Below, piece by piece: positions 16,350-25,237 of a stretch of DNA of 64,000 nt. This stretch comes from Deltaproteobacteria bacterium HGW-Deltaproteobacteria-19 (GTDB taxonomy: Bacteria; Desulfobacterota; Syntrophia; Syntrophales; PHBD01), in assembly GCA_002841865.1 (NCBI GenBank), contig PHBD01000001.1, positions 151,001 to 215,000 of the forward strand, in the 5' to 3' direction. Each line of letters opens with the position of its first letter. Positions within the stretch are counted from its first letter, which is position 1. The notes below the pieces were generated by a model. It saw only the letters and a list, made by a program, of their open reading frames with translations, had not been told where the DNA came from and ran no database searches. The translations under genes and the position numbers were made by a program.

Positions 16350-18575
16350 ATGGCGCGGATTCTGATCGTCGACGACGCCCCGGAAAACATCTACATGCTG
16401 GATATCATTCTGAGAGAGGAGGGTTTCGAGACCCTCAGCGCCGCCAACGGGAAAGAAGCGCTGGAGCAGGCAAGGACCTCATTGCCGGATCTCATCGTTT
16501 CGGACATCTTCATGCCCGTCATGGACGGATTCACCTTGTTGAGAGAATGCAAACGCGACGAAATCCTAAAGGATATTCCTTTCGTCTTTTACACGGCAAC
16601 CTACACCGACACGAAAGACCAGCGGTTCGCCATGGATCAGGGGGCAGACCTGATCGTTATCAAACCCGTCGATCCGTTCGAACTCGTGAAATCGATCCGC
16701 GGGCTCCTCGAAAAGCGGGGCAGGGGAGTCCTGCCGTCGAGAAGGGTGGAGCCGCCCCCTGATGAAGAATTCCTGAAGGGATACAGCGAAACCGTCGTCC
16801 GAAAGCTGGAAGAGAAGGTGCATGAACTGGACGATGCGAATCAGGCACTTTCGGAGAGCGAGCGCAAGTATCATCACCTTTTTGAAGATGCCGTTCTCGG
16901 GATTTTCCAGTCCACACCGGAGGGACGCTATACACTGGTCAATCCCGCTCTTGCGCGTATGTTTGGTTACGACTCGTCGCAGGAGATGATCGATTCGATA
17001 GAGAATATCGGCCAGCAGCTTTACGCTGATCCCCGGGACAGGGAGAGGGCCAGAAAAGTGCTGTCGGAGACGGGAGAACTCCGGGGATTTATCGCTCCGT
17101 TCCGGCACCGCAGCGGAAAGACGATCTGGATATCCGTGAACAGTCACGCTGTTCGCGGGAAGGATGGAGGCATCGAATACTACGAAGGAACGGCGGAAAA
17201 CGTCACGGAAAAGGTCGAGTTGGAAGGTCTTTACAAGAGCCTGACGGATCGGTCGTTTACCGGGATCTACCTGGTCCAGGACGGCACCTTCCGTTTCCTC
17301 AATCAAAGCGCAGCCGCTTTTGCGGGATACACGCCCGATGAACTCGTTGGGAAAGATTCCCTGTACTGCATTTATCCCGATGATTGGGGAACGGCCCGAA
17401 TCCTGTCCCAACGCATGATCCGGGAAGGGTTGACCATGCCCTTTGAAGTCCGCATCCTTCACAAGAACGGGACCATCCGTTGGATCATGTTGACACTCAC
17501 CCCCACGGATTACAAGGGCCGGCCGGCAATCCTGGGCAACTCGATCGACATCACGGAACTGAAGGATGCCCGGGAGAAGCTTGACGATTCGAGGGCCATG
17601 GAATCCTCCATTCTCGATTCGATTCCCCTGGCGGTCATCGGGATGGAGAATCGGCGGATCATGTTTGCCAATTCCGATACGACGACCATTTTCGGCTGGC
17701 AGCCCGATGAACTCATCGGCCGGTCCGCCCGCATCCTGTACCGCAGCGAAGAGGATTATGAGCAGGTGGGAGACCGGCTTTATCAAGCCCTGAGCGGGGC
17801 GAGAACGTTCACAGCTGAAATCGAGCATCTATACCGACACAGGGACGGGCGCGACATTCTGTGCAGGATGAAGGCCGCCCGGATCGGGGAATCTCTTCAG
17901 GGACGCCGGATTGTCACCACCTACGAAGACGTTACGGAGCTGATTCAAACCAAGGAAAAACTGGGGCAGACCAACGAACAGCTGCAGCGTACGCTGTCGG
18001 GTACGATCAAGACCATCTCCTCATTGCTGGAGGCAAAGGATCCCTATACTGCGGGACACCAGGAAAGAGTGTACCACCTGGTCATGGCCATTGCCGGGGA
18101 GATGAATCTTCCTGAGGACCTTGCCCAGGCCCTCGGGACGGCGGCGCTGCTCCATGATGTGGGGAAAATTCAAATCCCCTCGGACATTCTTTCCAAACCG
18201 GGGAAATTGAGCAACGTCGAATACGATCTGATCAAAATCCATCCGGAAGAAGGTCATGATATCATTCGGAACATCGATTTCGTTTTCCCGATCGCGGAGA
18301 TGATCCTCCAGCACCATGAACGCCTCGACGGATCCGGATATCCACGGGGGTTGACGGGCGGGCAGATTCTCTTGGAAGCCCGCATCATTGCCGTGGCCGA
18401 TGTGGTGGAGGCCATGGCTTCCCATCGGCCATACCGGCCGGCGCTGGGTATCGATGCGGCCATGGAAGAAATCCGGAAGTACAGGGGAATCCGATATGAC
18501 GCCGACGTTGTCGATGCATGCCGGCGGCTCTTTCATGACCGGGGATTCCAGTTCGCACAGAAGCCGTCACGCTGA
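16350..18575 (+). CDS. Response regulator REC-PAS(x3)-HD-GYP, putative c-di-GMP phosphodiesterase
   Basis: ILIVDD...SDIFMPVMDG receiver; PAS/PAC repeats; KDPYTAGHQERV, LLHDVGKI, HHERLDGSGYP, ADVVEAMASHRPYR. Confidence 0.92.
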   Translation: MARILIVDDAPENIYMLDIILREEGFETLSAANGKEALEQARTSLPDLIVSDIFMPVMDGFTLLRECKRDEILKDIPFVFYTATYTDTKDQRFAMDQGADLIVIKPVDPFELVKSIRGLLEKRGRGVLPSRRVEPPPDEEFLKGYSETVVRKLEEKVHELDDANQALSESERKYHHLFEDAVLGIFQSTPEGRYTLVNPALARMFGYDSSQEMIDSIENIGQQLYADPRDRERARKVLSETGELRGFIAPFRHRSGKTIWISVNSHAVRGKDGGIEYYEGTAENVTEKVELEGLYKSLTDRSFTGIYLVQDGTFRFLNQSAAAFAGYTPDELVGKDSLYCIYPDDWGTARILSQRMIREGLTMPFEVRILHKNGTIRWIMLTLTPTDYKGRPAILGNSIDITELKDAREKLDDSRAMESSILDSIPLAVIGMENRRIMFANSDTTTIFGWQPDELIGRSARILYRSEEDYEQVGDRLYQALSGARTFTAEIEHLYRHRDGRDILCRMKAARIGESLQGRRIVTTYEDVTELIQTKEKLGQTNEQLQRTLSGTIKTISSLLEAKDPYTAGHQERVYHLVMAIAGEMNLPEDLAQALGTAALLHDVGKIQIPSDILSKPGKLSNVEYDLIKIHPEEGHDIIRNIDFVFPIAEMILQHHERLDGSGYPRGLTGGQILLEARIIAVADVVEAMASHRPYRPALGIDAAMEEIRKYRGIRYDADVVDACRRLFHDRGFQFAQKPSR

Positions 18576-18659
18576 AAGACTTGCGGATTGTTCTGCGTCA
18601 CAGAACAAGACCGCGGGTTTCCTGCCTGCAACATGTCAACGGAGGATGAGGAAGGCACC

Positions 18660-21299
18660 ATGAAACGATGTTTGATCGTGGATGATCAGGAGGAGAATCT
18701 CTATCTCCTGGAAACAATCCTCAAAGGAAACGGATATGAGGTCGACCGCGCCGGAAACGGTGCGGAGGCCCTGGAAAAGGCAAGGCGCCAACCGCCGGAC
18801 ATGGTCATCTCGGACATCCTGATGCCGGTCATGGACGGTTACACCTTGTGCCGGGAGTGGAAAGCGGACAATGCGCTGAAACACATCCCCTTCGTTTTTT
18901 ACACGGCTACATACACGGAAACGAAAGACGAGGAGTTTGCCCTGAGCCTAGGGGCGGACCGGTTCCTCATCAAGCCCCAGGAGCCGGACGTCCTGATCCG
19001 CATGATCAGGGAAGTGATGGATGAATCCTACTCGGCAAGGCAGGTGGCGGCAAGGCCCCTCGGCGAGGAGATGGAGATTTTCCGGCAGCACAACGAGATC
19101 CTGTTCCGGAAACTGGAAAAGAAGATGTCGGACCTGGAGGCGGCCAACCGTCAATTACAGAGCCTGGAAGAGAAGTACCGCCTGAGCTTCGCGCATGCGA
19201 CGGACGTGATCTTCATGATCGATGCCGACCTCGTCATTTCCGGGGTCTCGCCCTGTGTTGAGAGGATCCTGGGTTACAGACCGGAAGAGTTTGTCGGACA
19301 GCCGGTTTCCGGCCTCGAAGCAATCATGCCGCCGGAATCTTTCGAGCGAGCCGTGTCCGACGTAGACCTAATCCTGCGCGGCGACACCATCGAGGGGGTG
19401 ATATACCGGTTTATCGCCAAGGACGGCTGCATCAAGCATGGTGAGGTCAGCGGATCCCCCATCCGGAGCGACGGGAAAATCATCGGGATCGTCTCCATTG
19501 CCCGGGACATCACCGAGCGCCGGAGGATGGAGGAGAAACTGCAGGCGGCTTATGCGAAGAGGCAGGAACTGGAATTCATCATCGACCGCAGCCCGGCGGT
19601 TGTGTGGCTGTGGAAGGCCGAACCGGGATGGCCGGTGGAATATGTATCCGGCAACATCACCTCCTACGGCTATGTCCCCAGCGACTTCACGGGCGGCCGG
19701 ATCGCCTTTGCCTCCATCGTTCATCCCGAAGACCTTCAGAGGGTGGGCACGGAAGTGGAGCAGTATACCCGGGAAGGCCGGTCCGAGTTCACCCAGGAAT
19801 ACCGCATCTACATGAAATCCGGTGAGATGCGTTGGATCGACGACAGGACGTGGGTGCGACGTGGACCCGACGGCTCGATCACCCATTTCCAGGGAATCGC
19901 CATCGACATCACCGACCGCAAGCGGGCTGAAGAGACCATGCTGAAGAGTGAGAACCGTTTCCGCAAGCTCTTCGAACAGATGTGCAGTTGCGCGGTCATT
20001 TACGAAGCCGTGGACGATGGGGAAGACTTCGTGATCCGGGACTTCAACCGGGCGGCGGAACGGCTGGAGAAGATCGGAAGAGAGGAGGTGTTGGGCCGGA
20101 GGGTGACGGAGGTCTTCCCGGGGGTACGGGATTTCGGTCTTTTCGCGGTATTCCAGCGGGTCTGGAATACCGGCAATCCAGAGGATCACAAGATTTCCTT
20201 ATACAAGGACCACCGCATCGCGGGATGGCGGGAGAATCACGTTTTCAGGCTGCCTTCCGGGGAGATGGTCGCGCTCTATGAGGACGTGACGGCCAGGAAA
20301 CAGGCGGACGAGGCGCTGACGGTCAGCGAAAAGAAGTACCGCAACATCCTCGAAGACATGGACGATGCTTATTTCGAACTTGACCTGAAAGGAAACCTTG
20401 TCTTCTTCAACGAAGCCCTGGTCAGAAAGACCGGGTATACTCGTGAAGAGCTCACGGGCATGAACTATCGAAACTTTATAAGTCCCGAGACAAGCAGGCT
20501 GGTGTTAACGGTATTTTCGGAAATCTACAAGACAGGCCAGGCGGTTCGGCTTTTTGACTATGAAGTGGTCATGAAGGACGGGCAGGTGAGAAATTATGAA
20601 TCCTGGGCGAATCTTCTGTTCGACGAACAGGACCGTCCCGTCGGTTTTCGCGGGATGGCCCGGGACATCACCAGTCGCAAACAGGCGGAAATGAGCCTGC
20701 AGAAGTCCCTGGAGAATCTCCGGAAGGCACTGCAAACGACCATCCAGGTTCTGGTTGTGGCTGTGGAAACCCGGGATCCCTATACGGCGGGCCACCAGGT
20801 CCGGGTTGCCGACCTTGCCCGCAATATCGCCCTGGAAATGGGATTGCCTCCGGACCGGATCGAGGGCATCCGCCTGGCGGCCGTCATTCACGATATCGGG
20901 AAACTGTACGTGCCCGCCGAGATACTGACCAAACCGACCAGGTTGAGGGACATCGAGTTTGCCCTGATCCAGGAACACGCCCAAAAAGGGTATGAAATCC
21001 TGAAGGATGTCGAATCTGCGTGGCCGCTTGCCCAGATTGTCTACCAGCACCATGAGCGGATGGACGGATCGGGGTACCCGAGAAATCTGAAAGGGGACGA
21101 GATTATCCTGGAAGCCCGGATTCTGGCCGTTTCCGATGTCGTGGAATCCATGGCCTCCCATCGCCCCTACCGGCCGACTCTGGGCATTGAGGCAGCCCTC
21201 GAGGAGATTGAGAGGAATCGGGGAACCCATTACGACAAAGTCGTGGTCGACGCCTGCCTGAAACTGTTCCGCGAAAAAGGCTATCACGTGGTGTATTGA
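18660..21299 (+). CDS. Response regulator REC-PAS(x4)-HD-GYP, putative c-di-GMP phosphodiesterase
   Basis: CLIVDD...SDILMPVMDG; PAS/PAC repeats (ARDITER, AIDITDRK, ARDITSRK); RDPYTAGHQ, IHDIGK, HHERMDGSGYP. Start set at MKRCLIV (18660). Confidence 0.92.
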   Translation: MKRCLIVDDQEENLYLLETILKGNGYEVDRAGNGAEALEKARRQPPDMVISDILMPVMDGYTLCREWKADNALKHIPFVFYTATYTETKDEEFALSLGADRFLIKPQEPDVLIRMIREVMDESYSARQVAARPLGEEMEIFRQHNEILFRKLEKKMSDLEAANRQLQSLEEKYRLSFAHATDVIFMIDADLVISGVSPCVERILGYRPEEFVGQPVSGLEAIMPPESFERAVSDVDLILRGDTIEGVIYRFIAKDGCIKHGEVSGSPIRSDGKIIGIVSIARDITERRRMEEKLQAAYAKRQELEFIIDRSPAVVWLWKAEPGWPVEYVSGNITSYGYVPSDFTGGRIAFASIVHPEDLQRVGTEVEQYTREGRSEFTQEYRIYMKSGEMRWIDDRTWVRRGPDGSITHFQGIAIDITDRKRAEETMLKSENRFRKLFEQMCSCAVIYEAVDDGEDFVIRDFNRAAERLEKIGREEVLGRRVTEVFPGVRDFGLFAVFQRVWNTGNPEDHKISLYKDHRIAGWRENHVFRLPSGEMVALYEDVTARKQADEALTVSEKKYRNILEDMDDAYFELDLKGNLVFFNEALVRKTGYTREELTGMNYRNFISPETSRLVLTVFSEIYKTGQAVRLFDYEVVMKDGQVRNYESWANLLFDEQDRPVGFRGMARDITSRKQAEMSLQKSLENLRKALQTTIQVLVVAVETRDPYTAGHQVRVADLARNIALEMGLPPDRIEGIRLAAVIHDIGKLYVPAEILTKPTRLRDIEFALIQEHAQKGYEILKDVESAWPLAQIVYQHHERMDGSGYPRNLKGDEIILEARILAVSDVVESMASHRPYRPTLGIEAALEEIERNRGTHYDKVVVDACLKLFREKGYHVVY

Positions 21300-21449
21300 T
21301 CCGGAAGATCATTCGGGACCTTGCAAAGTTCCGCATCTCCTCCGCAGGCCTCCGGGGCAAAGACCGTCAGAAGACAGAACAGGGCCGGGCATCAAAGACG
21401 GGAAACACCGGACATGGATGCTCCATGTTTCGGGAAAACCACCCGCGGA

Positions 21450-23252
21450 CTAATCGATGCCCTCGCACGGTCCGTCGTTGAGAAAGTCGGAGACGGTCTT
21501 GAGGTACTCTGCGAGGAGCTGTTTGCTCACGACGAAGATGTGGCCGATGTTCTTTTCGAAGGTCCGGTTCAGCCCGCCGCGGGTCATCTGGATGTTCCCC
21601 TCGGCCCGCATCCCCCATAACTGGCTGGCTACGCAGGAACCGGGAGGGGCGATGGGATCCCTCGAACCCCGGTAATCGAAGATCCGCACCTCGCCCCTGC
21701 GAAGGGCATCCATATCGACGGGCCGTCCGTCGAGGTCCGGATTCGTGGAAGGCATGCAGTAGGTTCCCTTAACCAGCTCGTTGCCCATGAAAAACTGTTC
21801 GATCCACTGCCGGTGGGCCTTCGCGGGAAACTTCGTTCCGTGGGTGAGCCAGTATAGGAAAGGCGCCGAATCTTCGATGGCGCGGGAATAGATTGCGCGG
21901 CCGTAGAAACCGGAGAGAACGGTGTAATGAACGCCCGGCTGAATCTCGTTCATCCCGAAATCGATGATCTGGGGCGGGATGTTGACGCTCCCGAACAGCT
22001 CATTCATCAGGTTGGGATCGTAGTTCTGACGGATAAAGGACCGCATCAACTCATGCCCGCTCTCTTCGTCGTCGAACTGGACCGGCGACGCCATGAGGGC
22101 GATTTTGCAGATGTCCATTTTCTCGCCCCTTGCCATTCGCTCTTCCGCACGCCGGGCTAGATAAGGCAGCATCAGTGTACCGCCCATGCAGTATCCCATC
22201 ACGTCGATCCGGCACTTCGGGTGTCGCTTGCCGATGATCTCCAGGTACCGGTCGTGGATGGTTTTGTTGAAAAAGGCCAGTTCAAGATGCGTGTCATCGG
22301 GACCGCATTCCCCGTGATCGACCAGATAGACCGCATAGCCTTCCCGAAGCATGCCCTGTACGACCGACTTGCCTTCGGCCAGATCGAACAGCTCCGGCTT
22401 GTTGATCAGCGGGGTCGAGATGTAGAGAACCCTGCCGTTGGGCTTGATCCCCTTCGGCAGGAAATAGCGGCGGAGTCTCACGCTGTGAAGCCTGGATCCC
22501 TTGACGATTTCATAGTCGGAGCAGCCGATCCGGCCCTGCGTGGCCCGCTCCGAATATTCCTTCGGGTCGAAGGCGTTGGCCCCGTACAGGCATTCCAGGC
22601 GAAACCGGTTTTCCGCCAGGTATTCCTCGAAGGTCATGCCGTCCGTGCCGTCCGGCTTCTTTCTCATGTAGGGAAGGGCTTCTCCGTCCAGCGGCATCTC
22701 CGTGATGACGACCAGAAGGCACTTGAGCATTTCCTTCATGGCATGAAGCCGCGTCATGCCCATAGAATTATAGGAATTCTCCATCTGGCCGAATTCCTGG
22801 ACATATTCCTTCAGCATGCGGTGACCTTCCGGGGTCGTGGCGACGGATCGGGCTTTGGACCGGTCGAACTTTCCATCCTTCATGAAATACCCGCAGAGGT
22901 CGTAGAGGGACCGGGCGTAGTTCTTGTAAATCCAGCCGTTCAGGTCCCGATAGATGTCCGGTTCCTTCCCGGAACGTGCGGTGATGCGGGCGTGGACCCT
23001 GACCGGATCCGTGAAGAAGGGCTTGAAAAGGGTGTTCTGAAAACTGGCGGCAATGGCGAGGGGACCGAACAAATGATAATTTTGACTGATCGTGTCGAGA
23101 AGCTGCTGGTACTGGAAAAGCATCCGGGTCTGCATTCCTCCTCCCATGCTTTTCCAGGGGATGGCCGTTTTCAGCCCCTCCCTGTTGTCTGCCGGCGTGA
23201 TTCCCATCCGGATCAAGAGACTGGAGGGACTGATTCTGGTTTCGTCCTTCAT
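21450..23252 (-). CDS. PhaC-like polyhydroxyalkanoate synthase / alpha-beta hydrolase with long N-terminal extension
   Basis: LYISTPLINKPELFDL...KSVV..ML..G..VYLVD (class III PhaC-like), lipase box GYCMGG, RDPIAP (Asp), GHI (His); AAGGAG RBS at 23252. Confidence 0.72.
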   Translation of the reverse strand: MKDETRISPSSLLIRMGITPADNREGLKTAIPWKSMGGGMQTRMLFQYQQLLDTISQNYHLFGPLAIAASFQNTLFKPFFTDPVRVHARITARSGKEPDIYRDLNGWIYKNYARSLYDLCGYFMKDGKFDRSKARSVATTPEGHRMLKEYVQEFGQMENSYNSMGMTRLHAMKEMLKCLLVVITEMPLDGEALPYMRKKPDGTDGMTFEEYLAENRFRLECLYGANAFDPKEYSERATQGRIGCSDYEIVKGSRLHSVRLRRYFLPKGIKPNGRVLYISTPLINKPELFDLAEGKSVVQGMLREGYAVYLVDHGECGPDDTHLELAFFNKTIHDRYLEIIGKRHPKCRIDVMGYCMGGTLMLPYLARRAEERMARGEKMDICKIALMASPVQFDDEESGHELMRSFIRQNYDPNLMNELFGSVNIPPQIIDFGMNEIQPGVHYTVLSGFYGRAIYSRAIEDSAPFLYWLTHGTKFPAKAHRQWIEQFFMGNELVKGTYCMPSTNPDLDGRPVDMDALRRGEVRIFDYRGSRDPIAPPGSCVASQLWGMRAEGNIQMTRGGLNRTFEKNIGHIFVVSKQLLAEYLKTVSDFLNDGPCEGID

Positions 23253-23487
23253 GGTTGTCTTCTCCTTTTGGGATTATTCTGCTGGATGAACGTTGATTGA
23301 ATTTGTCAGATTGATCCACAGGATGCAAGAAGGGAAAATCACATTCGGGCCATAAATTGCATCTCCGTCAAAATGGCAGAACTCACACCCTTCATATGAT
23401 ATAATCCGCCAACGTTTGTTGAACCTTTCCGTTCATGATCAAATGTGGCAGCCCCATCCGGCAGGGCTCCTTCGTCTCGGAACGGCC

Positions 23488-24684
23488 ATGATTCAGATTA
23501 CAAGCTACCTGCAACGCGACATTCTTGATGATATCATCCGGCGCTGGATGTATGGAGACCCTCGTCCCGACGACAGTGAGACCATCGTGCGGCTGATCCA
23601 TTTCAACAACCTGTTTTTATGCCGTTGCCTCAGGATTCTCGCGGAGAGCATTTTCGGGAAGTCCCAGAATGACAAGATGACGTTCCGTCGCATCTCCTGC
23701 AAGGGGGGGCTGAAGGATCTGCTCATTGAAAATCCTCCCTACAGGAACGACAGAATCGATTCCCTCATTCATGAGTATCTGCGTCGGCCGGGCCATTACT
23801 ACCGGGAGACGCCCTTTCACGGTGTCCTTGTTTCCCGAATGGATGGGGAAGGACGCCATTACGCCGGGTCCTACCGGATCAAGCGGGCCAGGCGCATCGC
23901 CGAAAAGGCGGCCCGACGCATTGCGGACCATGTTTTTGCGACGATCCGGAGAAACGCCGATACGCTGGCGGAAGGGCGTGCGAGGCGTTTCGGCATTTCC
24001 AGGCACGAGCTTATCACGTCACAGGAGGAGATGAACGAGGAATTCCTGCACGCCGAAGAGGCGTTTCTCGACGACCTCAGAAATCATCGCCCGTTGGAAG
24101 GGCAGGGGGCAATCGTCATCAATGATGTTGGAGGATTGAAGATTGTCTGGGAAGATCCCTCCCTGGACCCCCTGTACGAGACACTTTCACGGGGAGGTTG
24201 CACCATCGTGGAGCGGGAGGAACATCGGGGGCGCTATAATGCGGTGAACCTGACGGTTCGTTACCGTCCTCCCCGCGAAGCGATTATTTCACCTCCCGTA
24301 GGCGGTCACGTCCTTTCCCATTTCCAGGAAAGAGGCTGGGATGCCGAATCGATCAACCATGCATTCGCCGGGTTCGTGGATTCAGGAGAAGAAAGCGTTC
24401 TTCTGGAGATCATCGTCTCGACGTTCCAGGAATTGCTGGAAAGTGAGATCGGTCGCTGCATGCATGAGGACCGGATCATGGAGCAGCGGGCGGCGCGTCC
24501 CTACCGGGGCCATCTGGCTCGAAACATCGGATATCTTCTCGAATACCTGTTTACACTGCCGGAAGCGCCGCTGCCCATCACACGGGAATTGCCGATCCGG
24601 TTATGGGACCGCTACCTTCCCGACACGTTTTTCGAGATCATGAAGGATCTCTTCAGGATTCCTTCGATCGGTCCCCTTGAATAA
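23488..24684 (+). CDS. Hypothetical protein, probable divergent RelA/SpoT-type nucleotidyltransferase
   Basis: Motifs in synthetase order: YRIKR...EKAAR, INDVGGLKIV, GRYNAVNLTV, LEIIVST, ESEIGRCMHE. Start uncertain (23416 or 23488). Family call is inference. Confidence 0.55.
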   Translation: MIQITSYLQRDILDDIIRRWMYGDPRPDDSETIVRLIHFNNLFLCRCLRILAESIFGKSQNDKMTFRRISCKGGLKDLLIENPPYRNDRIDSLIHEYLRRPGHYYRETPFHGVLVSRMDGEGRHYAGSYRIKRARRIAEKAARRIADHVFATIRRNADTLAEGRARRFGISRHELITSQEEMNEEFLHAEEAFLDDLRNHRPLEGQGAIVINDVGGLKIVWEDPSLDPLYETLSRGGCTIVEREEHRGRYNAVNLTVRYRPPREAIISPPVGGHVLSHFQERGWDAESINHAFAGFVDSGEESVLLEIIVSTFQELLESEIGRCMHEDRIMEQRAARPYRGHLARNIGYLLEYLFTLPEAPLPITRELPIRLWDRYLPDTFFEIMKDLFRIPSIGPLE

Positions 24685-24736
24685 AAGTCGGAGATCCCTT
24701 CACGACAGATTACAATCCAAGGATAAGGAGGCATAC

Positions 24737-25165
24737 ATGTCACAGGTAAAGAAAGGCAGTCGGGTGAAAATCTTCTACACGGGCAGGCTCAAGGACGGAA
24801 AGATTTTCGAGACCAACGTGGGTGGTGCACCACTGGAATTCTCCGTTGGAAAGGGCAAGGTTATCAAGGGTTTCGAAAACGGCGTCATCGGCATGAAGAT
24901 GGGTGAAATGAAGACCGTCACCATTAAACCTGCGGACGGCTATGGCCCGAAGGATCCCTCCCTGGTCTGGACAGTGGCGAGTGCGGAACTGCCCTCCGGA
25001 ACCGTCCCGGAGCCCGGCAGGGAGGTCGTTTTCACCCGATCCGACGGTGTCGAGGTGGAAGGACGCATCGTAAAAATGGAGGACGATCAGGTGACCGTCG
25101 ACGGCAACCATCCACTCGCCGGCCGCAACCTCACCTTCGAGATCAAGGTCGTGGGCGTCGGATAG
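24737..25165 (+). CDS. FKBP-type peptidyl-prolyl isomerase (SlyD/SlpA-like, no His-rich tail)
   Basis: YTGRLKDGKIFET, PLEFSVG.G.VIKGFE, GYG, VDGNHPLAGRNLTF; AAGGAGG RBS. Confidence 0.93.
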   Translation: MSQVKKGSRVKIFYTGRLKDGKIFETNVGGAPLEFSVGKGKVIKGFENGVIGMKMGEMKTVTIKPADGYGPKDPSLVWTVASAELPSGTVPEPGREVVFTRSDGVEVEGRIVKMEDDQVTVDGNHPLAGRNLTFEIKVVGVG

Positions 25166-25237
25166 GATTCCCGTCATGGAGGGGTTACGGGCCGGCCACC
25201 GTTAAGCGGATGGTCGAAGAAAGGCCGGCCGCTGTTT

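Noticed and set aside
18573-18660. Selenocysteine or readthrough fusion of the two HD-GYP genes at TGA 18573
   Set aside because: The second gene is in a different frame, has its own start and REC domain, and no SECIS-like hairpin was evident.
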